The notes beneath the pieces are model-generated. The model made no database searches, had not been told where the DNA came from, and worked only from the letters and a program-made list of their open reading frames with translations. The position numbers were made by a program, and so were the translations under genes. A stretch of DNA of 64,000 nt from an uncultured Acidobacteriota bacterium. GTDB taxonomy: Bacteria; Acidobacteriota; UBA6911; RPQK01; CBDAPI01. The stretch is from NCBI GenBank assembly GCA_964569605.1, contig CAZMUJ010000071.1, positions 12,313 through 76,312 of the forward strand, given 5' to 3'. How positions within the stretch are numbered: the first letter of the stretch is position 1; every line of letters begins with the position of its first letter. This document shows, piece after piece, positions 19,548 through 29,321 of the stretch.

Positions 19548-19703
19548 TCAATTGACCAGAACCTTGGCTGCTGAATTCGATTAGGGCTTGGAATTTGCTA
19601 ACATATGAAGAAGTGGCAAGCTACAAGTATAGGTTTTAATTTAAAGGACTGACTAGGTCCTAATGGATCCATGTGACAATCCAAAAAGGGGTAGAGTGAC
19701 ACA

Positions 19704-20363
19704 ATGGCATTACAAATCAACTCTGAAGCGCCTGATTTTACGGCAGAAACGACCCAGGGAACAGTTCACTTTCATCAATGGATCGGTGACGGATGGGTTG
19801 TCCTTTTCTCTCATCCAAAAGACTTCACTCCAGTCTGTACAACAGAATTGGGATATATGGCAGGCCTGCAACAAGATTTCTCAAAACGTAACTGCAAGAT
19901 TATTGGTCTAAGTGTAGATACAGTTGAGGATCACCACAGGTGGAAAAATGATATTGAGGAAACTCAGGGCCACGCAGTCGAATATCCAATGATCGGCGAT
20001 CCTGAACTAAGAATAGCTAAACTCTACGGTATGCTTCCAGAGAAAGCCGGTGAAACCTGCACTGGGCGAACAGCAGTCGATAATGCAACCGTTCGGTCAG
20101 TCTTTTTGATCGGACCCGACAAAAGAATTAAGATGATGCTCACCTATCCGATGACAACAGGTCGAAATTTTGATGAGGTGCTTCGTATTTTAGACTCAAT
20201 TCAACTGACTGCTAAACATCAGGTTGCTACACCTGCTAACTGGAAACAGGGCGAGGATGTGATTATTGTACCTGCAGTTTCAGATGAACAGGCCCGAGAA
20301 AAATACCCACAGGGCTGGAAATCCTCACGGCCCTATTTACGGATTGTTCCACAGCCGAAATAA
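19704..20363 (+). CDS. 1-Cys peroxiredoxin (Prx6 type)
   Basis: Peroxidatic Cys motif FTPVCTTE; 219-aa length typical of 1-Cys Prx. Confidence 0.85.
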   Translation: MALQINSEAPDFTAETTQGTVHFHQWIGDGWVVLFSHPKDFTPVCTTELGYMAGLQQDFSKRNCKIIGLSVDTVEDHHRWKNDIEETQGHAVEYPMIGDPELRIAKLYGMLPEKAGETCTGRTAVDNATVRSVFLIGPDKRIKMMLTYPMTTGRNFDEVLRILDSIQLTAKHQVATPANWKQGEDVIIVPAVSDEQAREKYPQGWKSSRPYLRIVPQPK

Positions 20364-20479
20364 AAAGCTATTGGTTAGTCGCGGCAAACACACATTAGGG
20401 CCTTTCCTATTGTTGTGACTGCCCTCTTTGGATAGGTAAGCGTTACAGGAGTGCTCTTAAAATAGCACAATAGAGCTAG

Positions 20480-21079
20480 TTAGGGATGTACTTTGGTTCC
20501 ATTCCGTCTCTTCCCCCATGGATAGTTTTCCTCTCTAACCACAAAGCCAACGAAAACCAGTGCCAATAGTCCCGCAAGTGAATTAAGCATGACATCTTTA
20601 GCGTCAAAATACCGATTTGGGAGCAGTCCCTGAATACACTCATCCCCTAAACCAATGGAACTAACCAGCAGAAATGCCCAAATATAAATCGCCCTGCCGT
20701 GGATACGGAAGCGTAAAGCCTCAAGAGCCAGAATTCCCAGAGGAAAGTATTGAAAGAAATGGATTCGATTAGCAGGCGCATCCTCTAGAGCCATTGTCCC
20801 ATAAATAACTAAGCCTATTGCTCCCATCATGGCATATGTAGTCCATTTTCTTGGAAATCGAGTCAAGGCATAGCAAAACCAAGTAACAACACAAAGAAGG
20901 GTAATGATATAAATTCCTTGACTAATTGCGCCCTGCCCAAATGCTTGAAAGGCAATAATGTATAGATCATAGGCTAAAGTCAGGGTGCTATAGAGAAGAA
21001 TTGTATAGAGAGCCAAACTAAACCAAGCGGTTTTTTCATCGCGAAAGATGCCTTTTAAAAAAATTGGCTTGGTTTTCAT
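20480..21079 (-). CDS. VanZ-like family membrane protein
   Basis: Four TM segments and a VanZ-like C-terminal motif (LGDECIQGLLPNRYFDAKDVMLNSLAG). Confidence 0.5.
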   Translation of the reverse strand: MKTKPIFLKGIFRDEKTAWFSLALYTILLYSTLTLAYDLYIIAFQAFGQGAISQGIYIITLLCVVTWFCYALTRFPRKWTTYAMMGAIGLVIYGTMALEDAPANRIHFFQYFPLGILALEALRFRIHGRAIYIWAFLLVSSIGLGDECIQGLLPNRYFDAKDVMLNSLAGLLALVFVGFVVREENYPWGKRRNGTKVHP

Positions 21080-21312
21080 AAAAACAACTCTTAATCCTAT
21101 TTATCGTATTTTCTAATCCCTGTTTCAGGCAGCACCCAAAACAATACCACCCAAAAGCTAGAATATCCCTCAGTTATGATTTGACGGATCTCAGGCAGAG
21201 CTAAAATTGGACATATTCTAAAATGACGCTTCGATCAATATAGCGTCTCAAAACCCCACATGTTGGAATTTGCCAGGATTGTCGACTAGAATCAATGGAC
21301 TTCAGGCCTGGA

Positions 21313-21388
<76 letters not shown>

Positions 21389-21531
21389 AGTTATTTTAGC
21401 TTTGTTCTTTTGCGAGGTGTTAAAAACCAGAGAAATGTGAGTGGATAGAAGATTTTAATGCTGTTAAGTTTAAATATTCCTCAACTTTTTGGTCCCTAAC
21501 GCTAACGACTTCACACGAAAACAACTAAAAA

Positions 21532-22944
21532 ATGACCGTGGATAAAAATAAAACCTTAGCCACCCCACCCTTGGCCTTGTTATCTCGAAATCCCTTAAAA
21601 TGGTTCCGGTTTTTCGGGCCAGGAGCTATTGTTGCTTCGGTGTCGATTGGGACTGGAGAAATCCTATTTCCCTCAAGAGGAGGCTCCATTTTTGGATATC
21701 AACTCTTATGGATTTTTCTGGTTATTTCTCTGATGAAGTGGGGTTTAGCCTACTGCAGCATCCGTCATATGATCCTGAGCGGAGCCCATCCATTTGAGAG
21801 GTGGAGTTCAATACCTGGGCCACGAGGGTGGTTTCCCCTCCTCATGATTCTCCTATGTGTGCCCTTTTTCCCTATCTGGCTCTCCTTTATTGCAGGCATA
21901 TTTGGCAATGCGTGCACATGGATATTCGGAATTGGAAATCTTTATATATGGGGAATCATAGGGCTCTCTATGGCCCTTATCCTGCTAATCCTAGGTAGTT
22001 ACAAAATCTTAGAGTATTTCCAAACGATGATTTTGAGTCTGATGGTTGCTTCTATTATTGTATCCGTTATCTATACTCAACCGGATTGGGTAGCTGTTCT
22101 TAAAGGATTCTTTTATCCGCAGTCACTAGCTTATCCTGATTGGGCTTTGGAAAAATTACCCTACCTAGAGACCCGTTCAATTTGGGTTGAAATTTTGGTG
22201 TATGTATCTGTAATTGGTGGTCCCAGTTTTGACTATCTAAGCTGGGTTTCATTTGCACGTGACAAGAAATGGGGCTGGAGCCATCTGGGATTAGCCAGCC
22301 AGGATCAACTCCATCAAATTGCACAAAAACCTAATCATTCTGCACGTCTCTGGTTAAAAGCTGCCTTTATAGACTCAGCAACCAGTTTTATTATGATTGT
22401 GATTATCTCGGCCTCCTTTTGCATTCTCGGCAGAGTTATATTACAACCCCAACATTTGATCCCGGACGGAATTGATCTATTAAACTATCAAGCCTCCTTT
22501 CTGACAAACTTAAGCACTTGGCTTCTGCCTTTGTATATGGCTTCAATTTTACTGGCTTTTTTTGGGAGTCTCTATGGGAGCCCAGAAATGCAATTTCGGG
22601 TCGTATATGAATATTTGAATACTTTACCTAATTGGCGAGAAAAGATCTCAGTGCCAAAACTCCGACAAATAACAATCGTATATGGTTTAGTAGGTGGAAT
22701 GGCAATCTTATGGGCTAGCAGTTCCTATCCTGGTGTGCAGCTTATAGACATTGTTACACCTACAGGCATTCTGACGGGAGTTCTCGCCTGTGGTTTCTAT
22801 TGCCTGGCTAACCCTTGGACAGATCGCCGTTTTCTGCCAGCTAAATTACGGATGTCAGGATGGCTCATTGCACTGAACGTTGTTGCCGGGGTTTTGTTTC
22901 TATTGGCAGGCACAAAGGCACTCTGGGACTATTTTCTATACTAG
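21532..22944 (+). CDS. second Nramp-related (SLC11-like) transporter, non-canonical paralog
   Basis: TM1 motif FGPGAIVASVSIGTGEIL is followed by FGYQLLW as in Nramp, but lacks DPGN and MPH. About 11 TM; 470 aa. Confidence 0.5.
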   Translation: MTVDKNKTLATPPLALLSRNPLKWFRFFGPGAIVASVSIGTGEILFPSRGGSIFGYQLLWIFLVISLMKWGLAYCSIRHMILSGAHPFERWSSIPGPRGWFPLLMILLCVPFFPIWLSFIAGIFGNACTWIFGIGNLYIWGIIGLSMALILLILGSYKILEYFQTMILSLMVASIIVSVIYTQPDWVAVLKGFFYPQSLAYPDWALEKLPYLETRSIWVEILVYVSVIGGPSFDYLSWVSFARDKKWGWSHLGLASQDQLHQIAQKPNHSARLWLKAAFIDSATSFIMIVIISASFCILGRVILQPQHLIPDGIDLLNYQASFLTNLSTWLLPLYMASILLAFFGSLYGSPEMQFRVVYEYLNTLPNWREKISVPKLRQITIVYGLVGGMAILWASSSYPGVQLIDIVTPTGILTGVLACGFYCLANPWTDRRFLPAKLRMSGWLIALNVVAGVLFLLAGTKALWDYFLY

Positions 22945-22958
22945 GGACCCTACAGAAC

Positions 22959-24191
22959 TTAGTTTTCCTGCATGATGTTGAGAAGGCCCATTTCACTCCA
23001 ACCTTTTAGAAGTCCTTTAATCCGATCACTTTCTGGGGCGTCGGGGTTCATATCCATGAAATGTTTAAGTTCTACAGCAGCCTCATTGAATTTACCTTTG
23101 TCTGCTAACATAAGACCAAGAAGGTAGCTGACATAGGGGTATTCTTCAGCTTTATAGCTTTTTCTAACGGTACCCAAGGACTCTGCAGCTTGTTCGAATT
23201 GACCCAATTGGACAGATGCAAATCCATGATAAAAATGTGCTCGCCATTGGTAAGGGTGTAATCCAATTACCTTAGTGCTCCTACTGCTAACCTGATTCCA
23301 GTTTTTTTGTCTCCAATCAAGCTCCATGATCGACATATGAGGCTCTAGGTAATTTGGATCATCTGCTGCTGCAGATTCAAAGGCTTGCCGAGCACCCTCC
23401 TCATTTTGTAGCTGCAGTCGAACTTTTCCTAGGAGATTCCAGGCCTCAGAATATTGGGGATAGAAGCCAAGGGCTTTCTCCAATTCTAGCTCTGCTTTTT
23501 CATATTTGGGTTTTTTCCTTTGTATTTGCTTAAGGGCTTTTTTATATGCTTTGCGAGCTTTCTTGGGAGCCGACATACTAGTCACACTAGTAACTGTTCC
23601 CGTAATACTCCCGGCTTTGTAAAGAAGCAATACGCCGACATCGGGAGGGTCCATAGGACGTCGAAAGGCCAACGTCATACCCTCTGACTGAAAACCTGTC
23701 TGACTGGCTTGCAATTCACAGCCACTTAGATCCATGCGATTAGAACCACCAATTTGTGGGCCTCCTAGTCCACCACCACCAGACCCTATAGAACCTGAAT
23801 AGCCTTGTGTAGGGTTCACAACACCAAGATCTCCCGTAGGTCCAATACTTGCATCAGACGTCATTCCACCCCCCATCAAACCACCAACGCCCAAGGTTAG
23901 GCTAAAGACACCATTAAGAGTATTAACCTGTTGCCTCACTTGGCCATTACACCAAAGTTCTACCGTAGCAGACAGATCCGCTGGACTTCCGTCAGCATAT
24001 ATCACCCTGCCAGTCAAAAAAGTGGCTTGCTCTTGTCGTTGGCGAGGTTGAGAAAATTGGGGAGAGTTTGAAGTTTGGCCCTGCCTTGGCTGGGATTCTT
24101 CTCTATCCGATTCCTCCTGGGCTAACATTAACCCAAGCGAACAACAATAAAGAACAACAACAATTATCGGTTTTATCTTGGTCATCTTCAC
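22959..24191 (-). CDS. secreted TPR-repeat protein with Gly-rich low-complexity region
   Basis: Signal peptide, Gln/Ser/Gly-rich middle region (GGLMGGGMTS ... GSIGSGGGGLGGPQIGG), C-terminal TPR-like helical repeats. Confidence 0.5.
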   Translation of the reverse strand: MKMTKIKPIIVVVLYCCSLGLMLAQEESDREESQPRQGQTSNSPQFSQPRQRQEQATFLTGRVIYADGSPADLSATVELWCNGQVRQQVNTLNGVFSLTLGVGGLMGGGMTSDASIGPTGDLGVVNPTQGYSGSIGSGGGGLGGPQIGGSNRMDLSGCELQASQTGFQSEGMTLAFRRPMDPPDVGVLLLYKAGSITGTVTSVTSMSAPKKARKAYKKALKQIQRKKPKYEKAELELEKALGFYPQYSEAWNLLGKVRLQLQNEEGARQAFESAAADDPNYLEPHMSIMELDWRQKNWNQVSSRSTKVIGLHPYQWRAHFYHGFASVQLGQFEQAAESLGTVRKSYKAEEYPYVSYLLGLMLADKGKFNEAAVELKHFMDMNPDAPESDRIKGLLKGWSEMGLLNIMQEN

Positions 24192-24345
24192 AGCCCTCTA
24201 CTAAACAATCTTTATAACTTTTTTGTATATTTAACATTCTAATACATATGGAGGAAAAGTGTTTCTAAGTTATGCTTCTTTGCAACAATTCCAGATTGTT
24301 TTCGTTTAGACTTTGTAATGCAAGTGGTGAAAACTCATTACAAGA

Positions 24346-25620
24346 TTATCTGGTTGAGACAGGGTTTTCTCCTCCAATCGCCATGAGGTGTGAAAATGTA
24401 CGTATGTACATAACACCGTCAGCAATCGCAGGAGTACTGTAACTTGGTTCCTCTAAGTCCATACGACCCAGAAGTTTATAGCGTGGTTCAGCGGCCACCA
24501 CGACAATTTCCCCTTCCTTCGATATGACATAGATCCGTTTTCCCACACGTACTGGAGAACCAAAAAAGTTGCCACCGATTCGTTCGCGCCAGATACGTCT
24601 ACCAGAATCAATTTCTATACAACTGGCCACACCCCCATCACTGATCAAAAACAGCCATTTTCCACCAGTTATTGGAGTCGGAACATAGGGAAGAGACCCT
24701 TCAAGCTCGTACACCACCTGGGCCCTTTTCCCACCCCTCGAGTTTGGGGGCCTTATAGCAATCATCCGCGTGCCGCCGCCGCCCCTCCCGCATTGAGCAA
24801 AGATCAACCCTCTTCCCACAACGGGTGAAGCCACCACACGATCTCTCCCAAACAAACCAGGTAATTCCCAGTTGAGTTGTCCAGTCTTAGGGTCAAGGCT
24901 ACTCACCCCGTGAGTTGTACTTGCCAGGATTAACTGAGCGATTCCTGTCTTGGGACGATAGATAATAGGGGTAGAATAAGAAGATTTGGTTGTTCGGCGT
25001 TCTGTTGTCCATAGTGTTTGTCCCGTTTGGTGATCAAGCGCAAACATTAAACTTGGCCCACTTTGGTCGTTAGCCAGAATAACCATGTTTTCAAAACAGA
25101 TTGGAGAAGGCCCAAACCCGTGATCTCCATAAAAGGAACCCAGATTACGTCGCCATATTTCTCTGCCATCCTGACGATTTAGGGCCACCACAAAGTATCC
25201 TTTTGGAGATCCCCATGCGGCGTAAATGTGTTTAGCGTCAACCGCAGGACTGGCAATATCGTAAAAGCTAGACCTACCCAAGTCAGATGTTGAAGCCGAT
25301 AGTCGAACTTCCCAGAGAAGACTACCATCAATAGATTTTAGTGATCTGACAATCCTCGTAGCATCATTCTGCAGGGAAGACATTACAAATACCGTTCCAC
25401 CTTCAACTACAGGTGAGGAATGACCTTTGCCTGGAATCTCAACTCGCCATTTGTAGTCCTCTGTGGTCCAGACTGCAGGAATACTAGTTGCTTCACTCTG
25501 GCCAGCTCCACTAGGGCCTCTAAAACGAGCCCAGTCTTCTCCCTGAAGAAGCCCACAAACTTGCACTACACCAATACCTAAAAGCACTACTGTCCGAATA
25601 GCGTGATAAGTTACTGGCAT
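24346..25620 (-). CDS. PQQ-like beta-propeller repeat protein (BamB-like fold)
   Basis: Signal peptide and repeated WxxxxxG...Y/W motifs typical of PQQ/WD-like eight-bladed propellers. Confidence 0.6.
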   Translation of the reverse strand: MPVTYHAIRTVVLLGIGVVQVCGLLQGEDWARFRGPSGAGQSEATSIPAVWTTEDYKWRVEIPGKGHSSPVVEGGTVFVMSSLQNDATRIVRSLKSIDGSLLWEVRLSASTSDLGRSSFYDIASPAVDAKHIYAAWGSPKGYFVVALNRQDGREIWRRNLGSFYGDHGFGPSPICFENMVILANDQSGPSLMFALDHQTGQTLWTTERRTTKSSYSTPIIYRPKTGIAQLILASTTHGVSSLDPKTGQLNWELPGLFGRDRVVASPVVGRGLIFAQCGRGGGGTRMIAIRPPNSRGGKRAQVVYELEGSLPYVPTPITGGKWLFLISDGGVASCIEIDSGRRIWRERIGGNFFGSPVRVGKRIYVISKEGEIVVVAAEPRYKLLGRMDLEEPSYSTPAIADGVMYIRTFSHLMAIGGENPVSTR

Positions 25621-25967
25621 TTTAGTTCTGCCTCCACCGAAGAGTTAACAGTTTTCCGGTTCAACGCTGTAGTAAATTAGCGAGAAAGTTTTATGTGAAA
25701 TTGCAATTAAAATAGGTAAATGAACATTTTGGATTGGTAGTAAACATACGCTAAATTTCCTTTGCAGCCGTTTTTTCGAACAACGAGTAGTGAAAACGGC
25801 CAATTTCCTATTCTCCAAAAAAAGCCAATGTGTTTTTTCGTTCTCCTGATTGTTGCGCTTCTAGTCTTCCGGATCAGGTCCAGAAAGGACTTCACTTCGC
25901 TCCCTTAATTGCGCCAGTTCTAGATTGCTGTAGGGTTCCAGGTTCTGGGTAATTCGACTGGTTCTAT

Positions 25968-26597
25968 CTACGTTTTTTCAACCAATGGTGTCTCGTTAAC
26001 CTCTTCCCAAGTGCCTTTCACTTCTCCATCGGTTAGGTTGCATTGGTGGGGAAATTTCAGGCTGCAATTTTTTATCGGCTTTCGAAGCTTAGGGTCCATC
26101 AACTCATGAATGTCCAGTTTCATAGCTTCCCTAGAGTATGCCGCAATGTCAAGAATCCCTGTGTCCATTCGGATGGCGTCCTCTGGACATGCTTCGACAC
26201 AATATCCGCAGTAAACACAAACCCCCAGGTCAATGTCAAAACGAACTGGATACTTTTCTACGTGGGGATCAGGGTGCTCACCTGGAACAATAGTAATGCA
26301 TTTGGCTGGGCAAACTGTCTCGCAGAGCATACACCCAACACAACGTGGGGTTTTATCCTCTCTGAGGGTGAGTCGATGGCGACTTCGGAAACGTGACATG
26401 AGAGGCCTTAACTCATCAGGGTACTGAACGGTAACTGAGGCTGGAAGGTGTTTGAACCGACCCACAAAATGGAGCATGTGAAGAAAAAGATTACGGAAGA
26501 AATGTGCAGAGGTTATCTTAAGGCCTAATAGAATCTGGGGAATATATAATTTCTCCCAGAAAGTCAATTCCGGCCGAGAAACAACTTTCACAGTCAT
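25968..26597 (-). CDS. nuoI: NADH-quinone oxidoreductase subunit I
   Basis: Two 4Fe-4S motifs (CVGCMLCETVCP; CVYCGYCVEACP). Start set at MTVKV, where ATG overlaps the nuoH stop as ATGA. The longer upstream ORF is rejected. Confidence 0.85.
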   Translation of the reverse strand: MTVKVVSRPELTFWEKLYIPQILLGLKITSAHFFRNLFLHMLHFVGRFKHLPASVTVQYPDELRPLMSRFRSRHRLTLREDKTPRCVGCMLCETVCPAKCITIVPGEHPDPHVEKYPVRFDIDLGVCVYCGYCVEACPEDAIRMDTGILDIAAYSREAMKLDIHELMDPKLRKPIKNCSLKFPHQCNLTDGEVKGTWEEVNETPLVEKT

Positions 26598-27691
26598 CAC
26601 TGGATCTCCCCAAGAAAAACAAGGACTACGGCAGTGATGATGACATTCGCAACGGAAATGGGAAAGAGGCCTTTCCAACCTAAACTCATGAGCTGATCAT
26701 AGCGAAAACGAGGCAGGCTCCAGCGAAGTTGCATGAAAAACCAACAAAAAATTATGACTTTGGTCGAAAAACTGAGGACTCCAAGAAGAACATAAACAAG
26801 ATTGGACATGGGAAGCTCAGCACCCCAAGGGAAGTGAAAACCATTCGGCGTCAGAAAAGGCACCTGCCAGCCGCCAAAAAAAAGAGTTGTAGCAAGACAC
26901 GCTACCATGATTGTTTCTAAAAAGTCTGTTAAGAAAAACATTCCAAACTTCATTCCACTATATTCTACAAAATATCCTACAATCTCTGACTCACCTTCCG
27001 GTAAATCAAATGGAAGCCTTTTTGTTTCAGCAAGGGCTGCGGTTAAGAAGATAATAAAAGCCACTGGCTGGGTTAGAACTCCCCAGAAAGGCAGCCAGCC
27101 ACCAATGAGGTGTCCCTGGGCACGTACCAGTTCACCCAGATCCATAGTGCCATACACCATAATTACCCCAATTATGGAAATCCCCAATGCAATCTCATAA
27201 GAGATCATCTGAGCTGTGGCCCTTAACCCACCCATAATCGCGTAGTTGCTGTGCGAGGCAAAACCGGCCAATATCACACCATAAACGCCCAGTGAAAGCA
27301 TCGCGAAGACATATAGAAGAGCTGCATCGATCTTGGCAACTTGGAGATCGATAACTAAATTCTCACTCAGAATAAGACGGTCACCAAATGGGATCGCTGC
27401 AAAGGCTACCAAGGCAAAAAATACCGAAAATAGAGGAGCCAGAAGATGGAGCGTTTTATCAGCTCCTTTAGGAACTATGTCCTCTTTGGTAAACATTTTC
27501 AGTGCATCAGCCAAGCCGTGAAAGATGCCCAGAAACCGAAATCCAAAAATCGAGGCACGGTTAGCACCAATCCGATCCTGGATCAGTGCCGATTGCTTTC
27601 TCTCAACCCAAGTATGAAACCCTGCAAAGTTCAATATTCCAAAAAAAACAATTCCTGCCAGAGCCAACTTAATGATAAGGATTTCCATCAT
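26597..27691 (-). CDS. nuoH: NADH-quinone oxidoreductase subunit H
   Basis: Polytopic membrane protein with a NuoH/ND1 motif (LAETKRLPFDLPEGESEIV). Confidence 0.9.
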   Translation of the reverse strand: MMEILIIKLALAGIVFFGILNFAGFHTWVERKQSALIQDRIGANRASIFGFRFLGIFHGLADALKMFTKEDIVPKGADKTLHLLAPLFSVFFALVAFAAIPFGDRLILSENLVIDLQVAKIDAALLYVFAMLSLGVYGVILAGFASHSNYAIMGGLRATAQMISYEIALGISIIGVIMVYGTMDLGELVRAQGHLIGGWLPFWGVLTQPVAFIIFLTAALAETKRLPFDLPEGESEIVGYFVEYSGMKFGMFFLTDFLETIMVACLATTLFFGGWQVPFLTPNGFHFPWGAELPMSNLVYVLLGVLSFSTKVIIFCWFFMQLRWSLPRFRYDQLMSLGWKGLFPISVANVIITAVVLVFLGEIQ

Positions 27692-27698
27692 GGCAAGC

Positions 27699-29321
27699 CT
27701 ACTCCGGACTCCTTTTCGATAAACTTAGGTTAACCCCTTGGAGACCTATAGTTTTATAATTCAATCCTTGAAAAGGACCCTCCAACCTAGCAAGACCCTG
27801 GAAAACCTCTTCCGGGGTTTCCCAGCCCAAAGAAATATCTAACTTCGTGGCCAACTGTAAAAGCATGCGCCAATCTTCCCAAGAGTCCTGGAAAGGTGGG
27901 AAGGCATGTCCTATGCGCTGAATCCGACCATGGCAGTTCACAAAGGTCCCATCCTTTTCCATATAGGCTGCCGTGGGAAGCGCCCAATGTGCCAATGAAA
28001 CGGTACTATTCTCATTGGTTCCAGAAAAGACAAAGAGACGTAACTTTTCTGAAACTTGACGCATCTTCTTTTCCCCAAACAGTTTCACTAAATCATGCCC
28101 CAGTACCCACAGGATGTCTAATTCGCCAGAAATCGCCTCATCCACCAGTTGCTCTGCCGTTGGTTTGTTTGGACCGACTAGACCTAAAAGGGTTGCACCT
28201 GTAGTGTTCGGGTTCTTGTCGGCTTTGATCAGGAAGTCATCGCTGGAGCCAGCCTCTTCGGGAACAGAGACAGCAACCCGGGCGCCTAAAACATTCTGAA
28301 ATATTTCCCTGACCAAGAAAAGTTCTTCATTGGTTAGTTGTGCGGAAGCGATCACCCCGAAGGAATTTTCTGCTCCCTTCCGGGCACTACTTTCCCCCTT
28401 ATTCAACTCCCTTATAGCAGCTGCAATAACTGTTAGGGCTTGCTCCCAGTTAGCATCGAATTCGCCACTCACCTTACCAAGTCTTCCTTGATCAACCCAC
28501 CCAAAACCATAACGTCCTTCATCACACAACCACCACTGGTTAACTTTTGGGTTGGTGCGAGGCTTGACACGCACGACCCGGGCTCCGTTATTTAAATGGG
28601 GTCTGTCGAGCACAAAATGGAGATCCATGTTACAGCCTTGACTACAACCATTGCAGATGGTTGGAACGGAAGAGAGATACCAAACTCTGGCTTTAAAGCG
28701 AAAATCTGATTCCGTTAAGGCTCCCACAGGACAAATGTCGACCACATTAGCTGAATAAGGATTGTCCAGTACATCACCGGGGCAGAGCCCTAGCTCGGCG
28801 CTATCCCCACGATTAAAGATACCGAATTCTCCCGTTCCGGTAATCTCGTCTGTAAACCTAACGCAGCGCGAACACAGGATACAGCGTTCCTGATCCAGCA
28901 TCACATGGGGACCAAGTTTGACTGCCTTTTTCTTTTTTACCTTATGTTCTCTAAATCTAGGATCATATAACCCAAAGTTCATGTAGAAATTTTGCAGGTC
29001 GCACTCCCCGGACTGGTCACAGACGGGACAATCGAGTGGATGGTTGGCTAAAAGAAATTCCAAAACTGCACGGCGGCCAGCCTCAACCTTTTCACTTTTC
29101 GTGTGCACAATCATTCCTTCTGTTACAGGAAGATTACAGGCAATTTGAAGCTTTGGACTATTTTCTACATCCACCAGACAAATCCGACAGTTTCCTGCGA
29201 TGGAGAGACCCGGATGATAACAATAACGAGGAATAAAGGTTCCTAACTCCTCAGCAGCCTGAATGACCGTGGTTCCCTCTGGAACAGTTAGTTCGTGGCC
29301 GTCGATGCTCAATCTAGGCAT
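27699..29321 (-). CDS. nuoG: NADH-quinone oxidoreductase subunit G (short form, 540 aa)
   Basis: N-terminal 2Fe-2S motif (CYHPGLSIAGNCRICLV) and 4Fe-4S motifs (HPLDCPVCDQSGEC; CILCSRCVRF). It lacks most of the molybdopterin-like C-terminal extension seen in E. coli NuoG. Confidence 0.85.
   Translation of the reverse strand: MPRLSIDGHELTVPEGTTVIQAAEELGTFIPRYCYHPGLSIAGNCRICLVDVENSPKLQIACNLPVTEGMIVHTKSEKVEAGRRAVLEFLLANHPLDCPVCDQSGECDLQNFYMNFGLYDPRFREHKVKKKKAVKLGPHVMLDQERCILCSRCVRFTDEITGTGEFGIFNRGDSAELGLCPGDVLDNPYSANVVDICPVGALTESDFRFKARVWYLSSVPTICNGCSQGCNMDLHFVLDRPHLNNGARVVRVKPRTNPKVNQWWLCDEGRYGFGWVDQGRLGKVSGEFDANWEQALTVIAAAIRELNKGESSARKGAENSFGVIASAQLTNEELFLVREIFQNVLGARVAVSVPEEAGSSDDFLIKADKNPNTTGATLLGLVGPNKPTAEQLVDEAISGELDILWVLGHDLVKLFGEKKMRQVSEKLRLFVFSGTNENSTVSLAHWALPTAAYMEKDGTFVNCHGRIQRIGHAFPPFQDSWEDWRMLLQLATKLDISLGWETPEEVFQGLARLEGPFQGLNYKTIGLQGVNLSLSKRSPE

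Noticed and set aside
19663-19911. 82-aa plus-strand ORF overlapping the peroxiredoxin start in another frame
   Set aside because: The peroxiredoxin frame, starting at 19704 with MALQINSEAPDF, is strongly supported by the conserved FTPVCTTE motif. The alternative frame has no features.
25968-26678. Long version of the nuoI ORF with a 27-aa Cys/His-rich N-terminal extension (MERPLSHFRCECHHHC...)
   Set aside because: The extension overlaps the nuoH 3' end in another frame. An internal ATG at 26595-26597 forms an ATGA overlap with the nuoH stop and yields a NuoI of typical length, so the downstream start was preferred.
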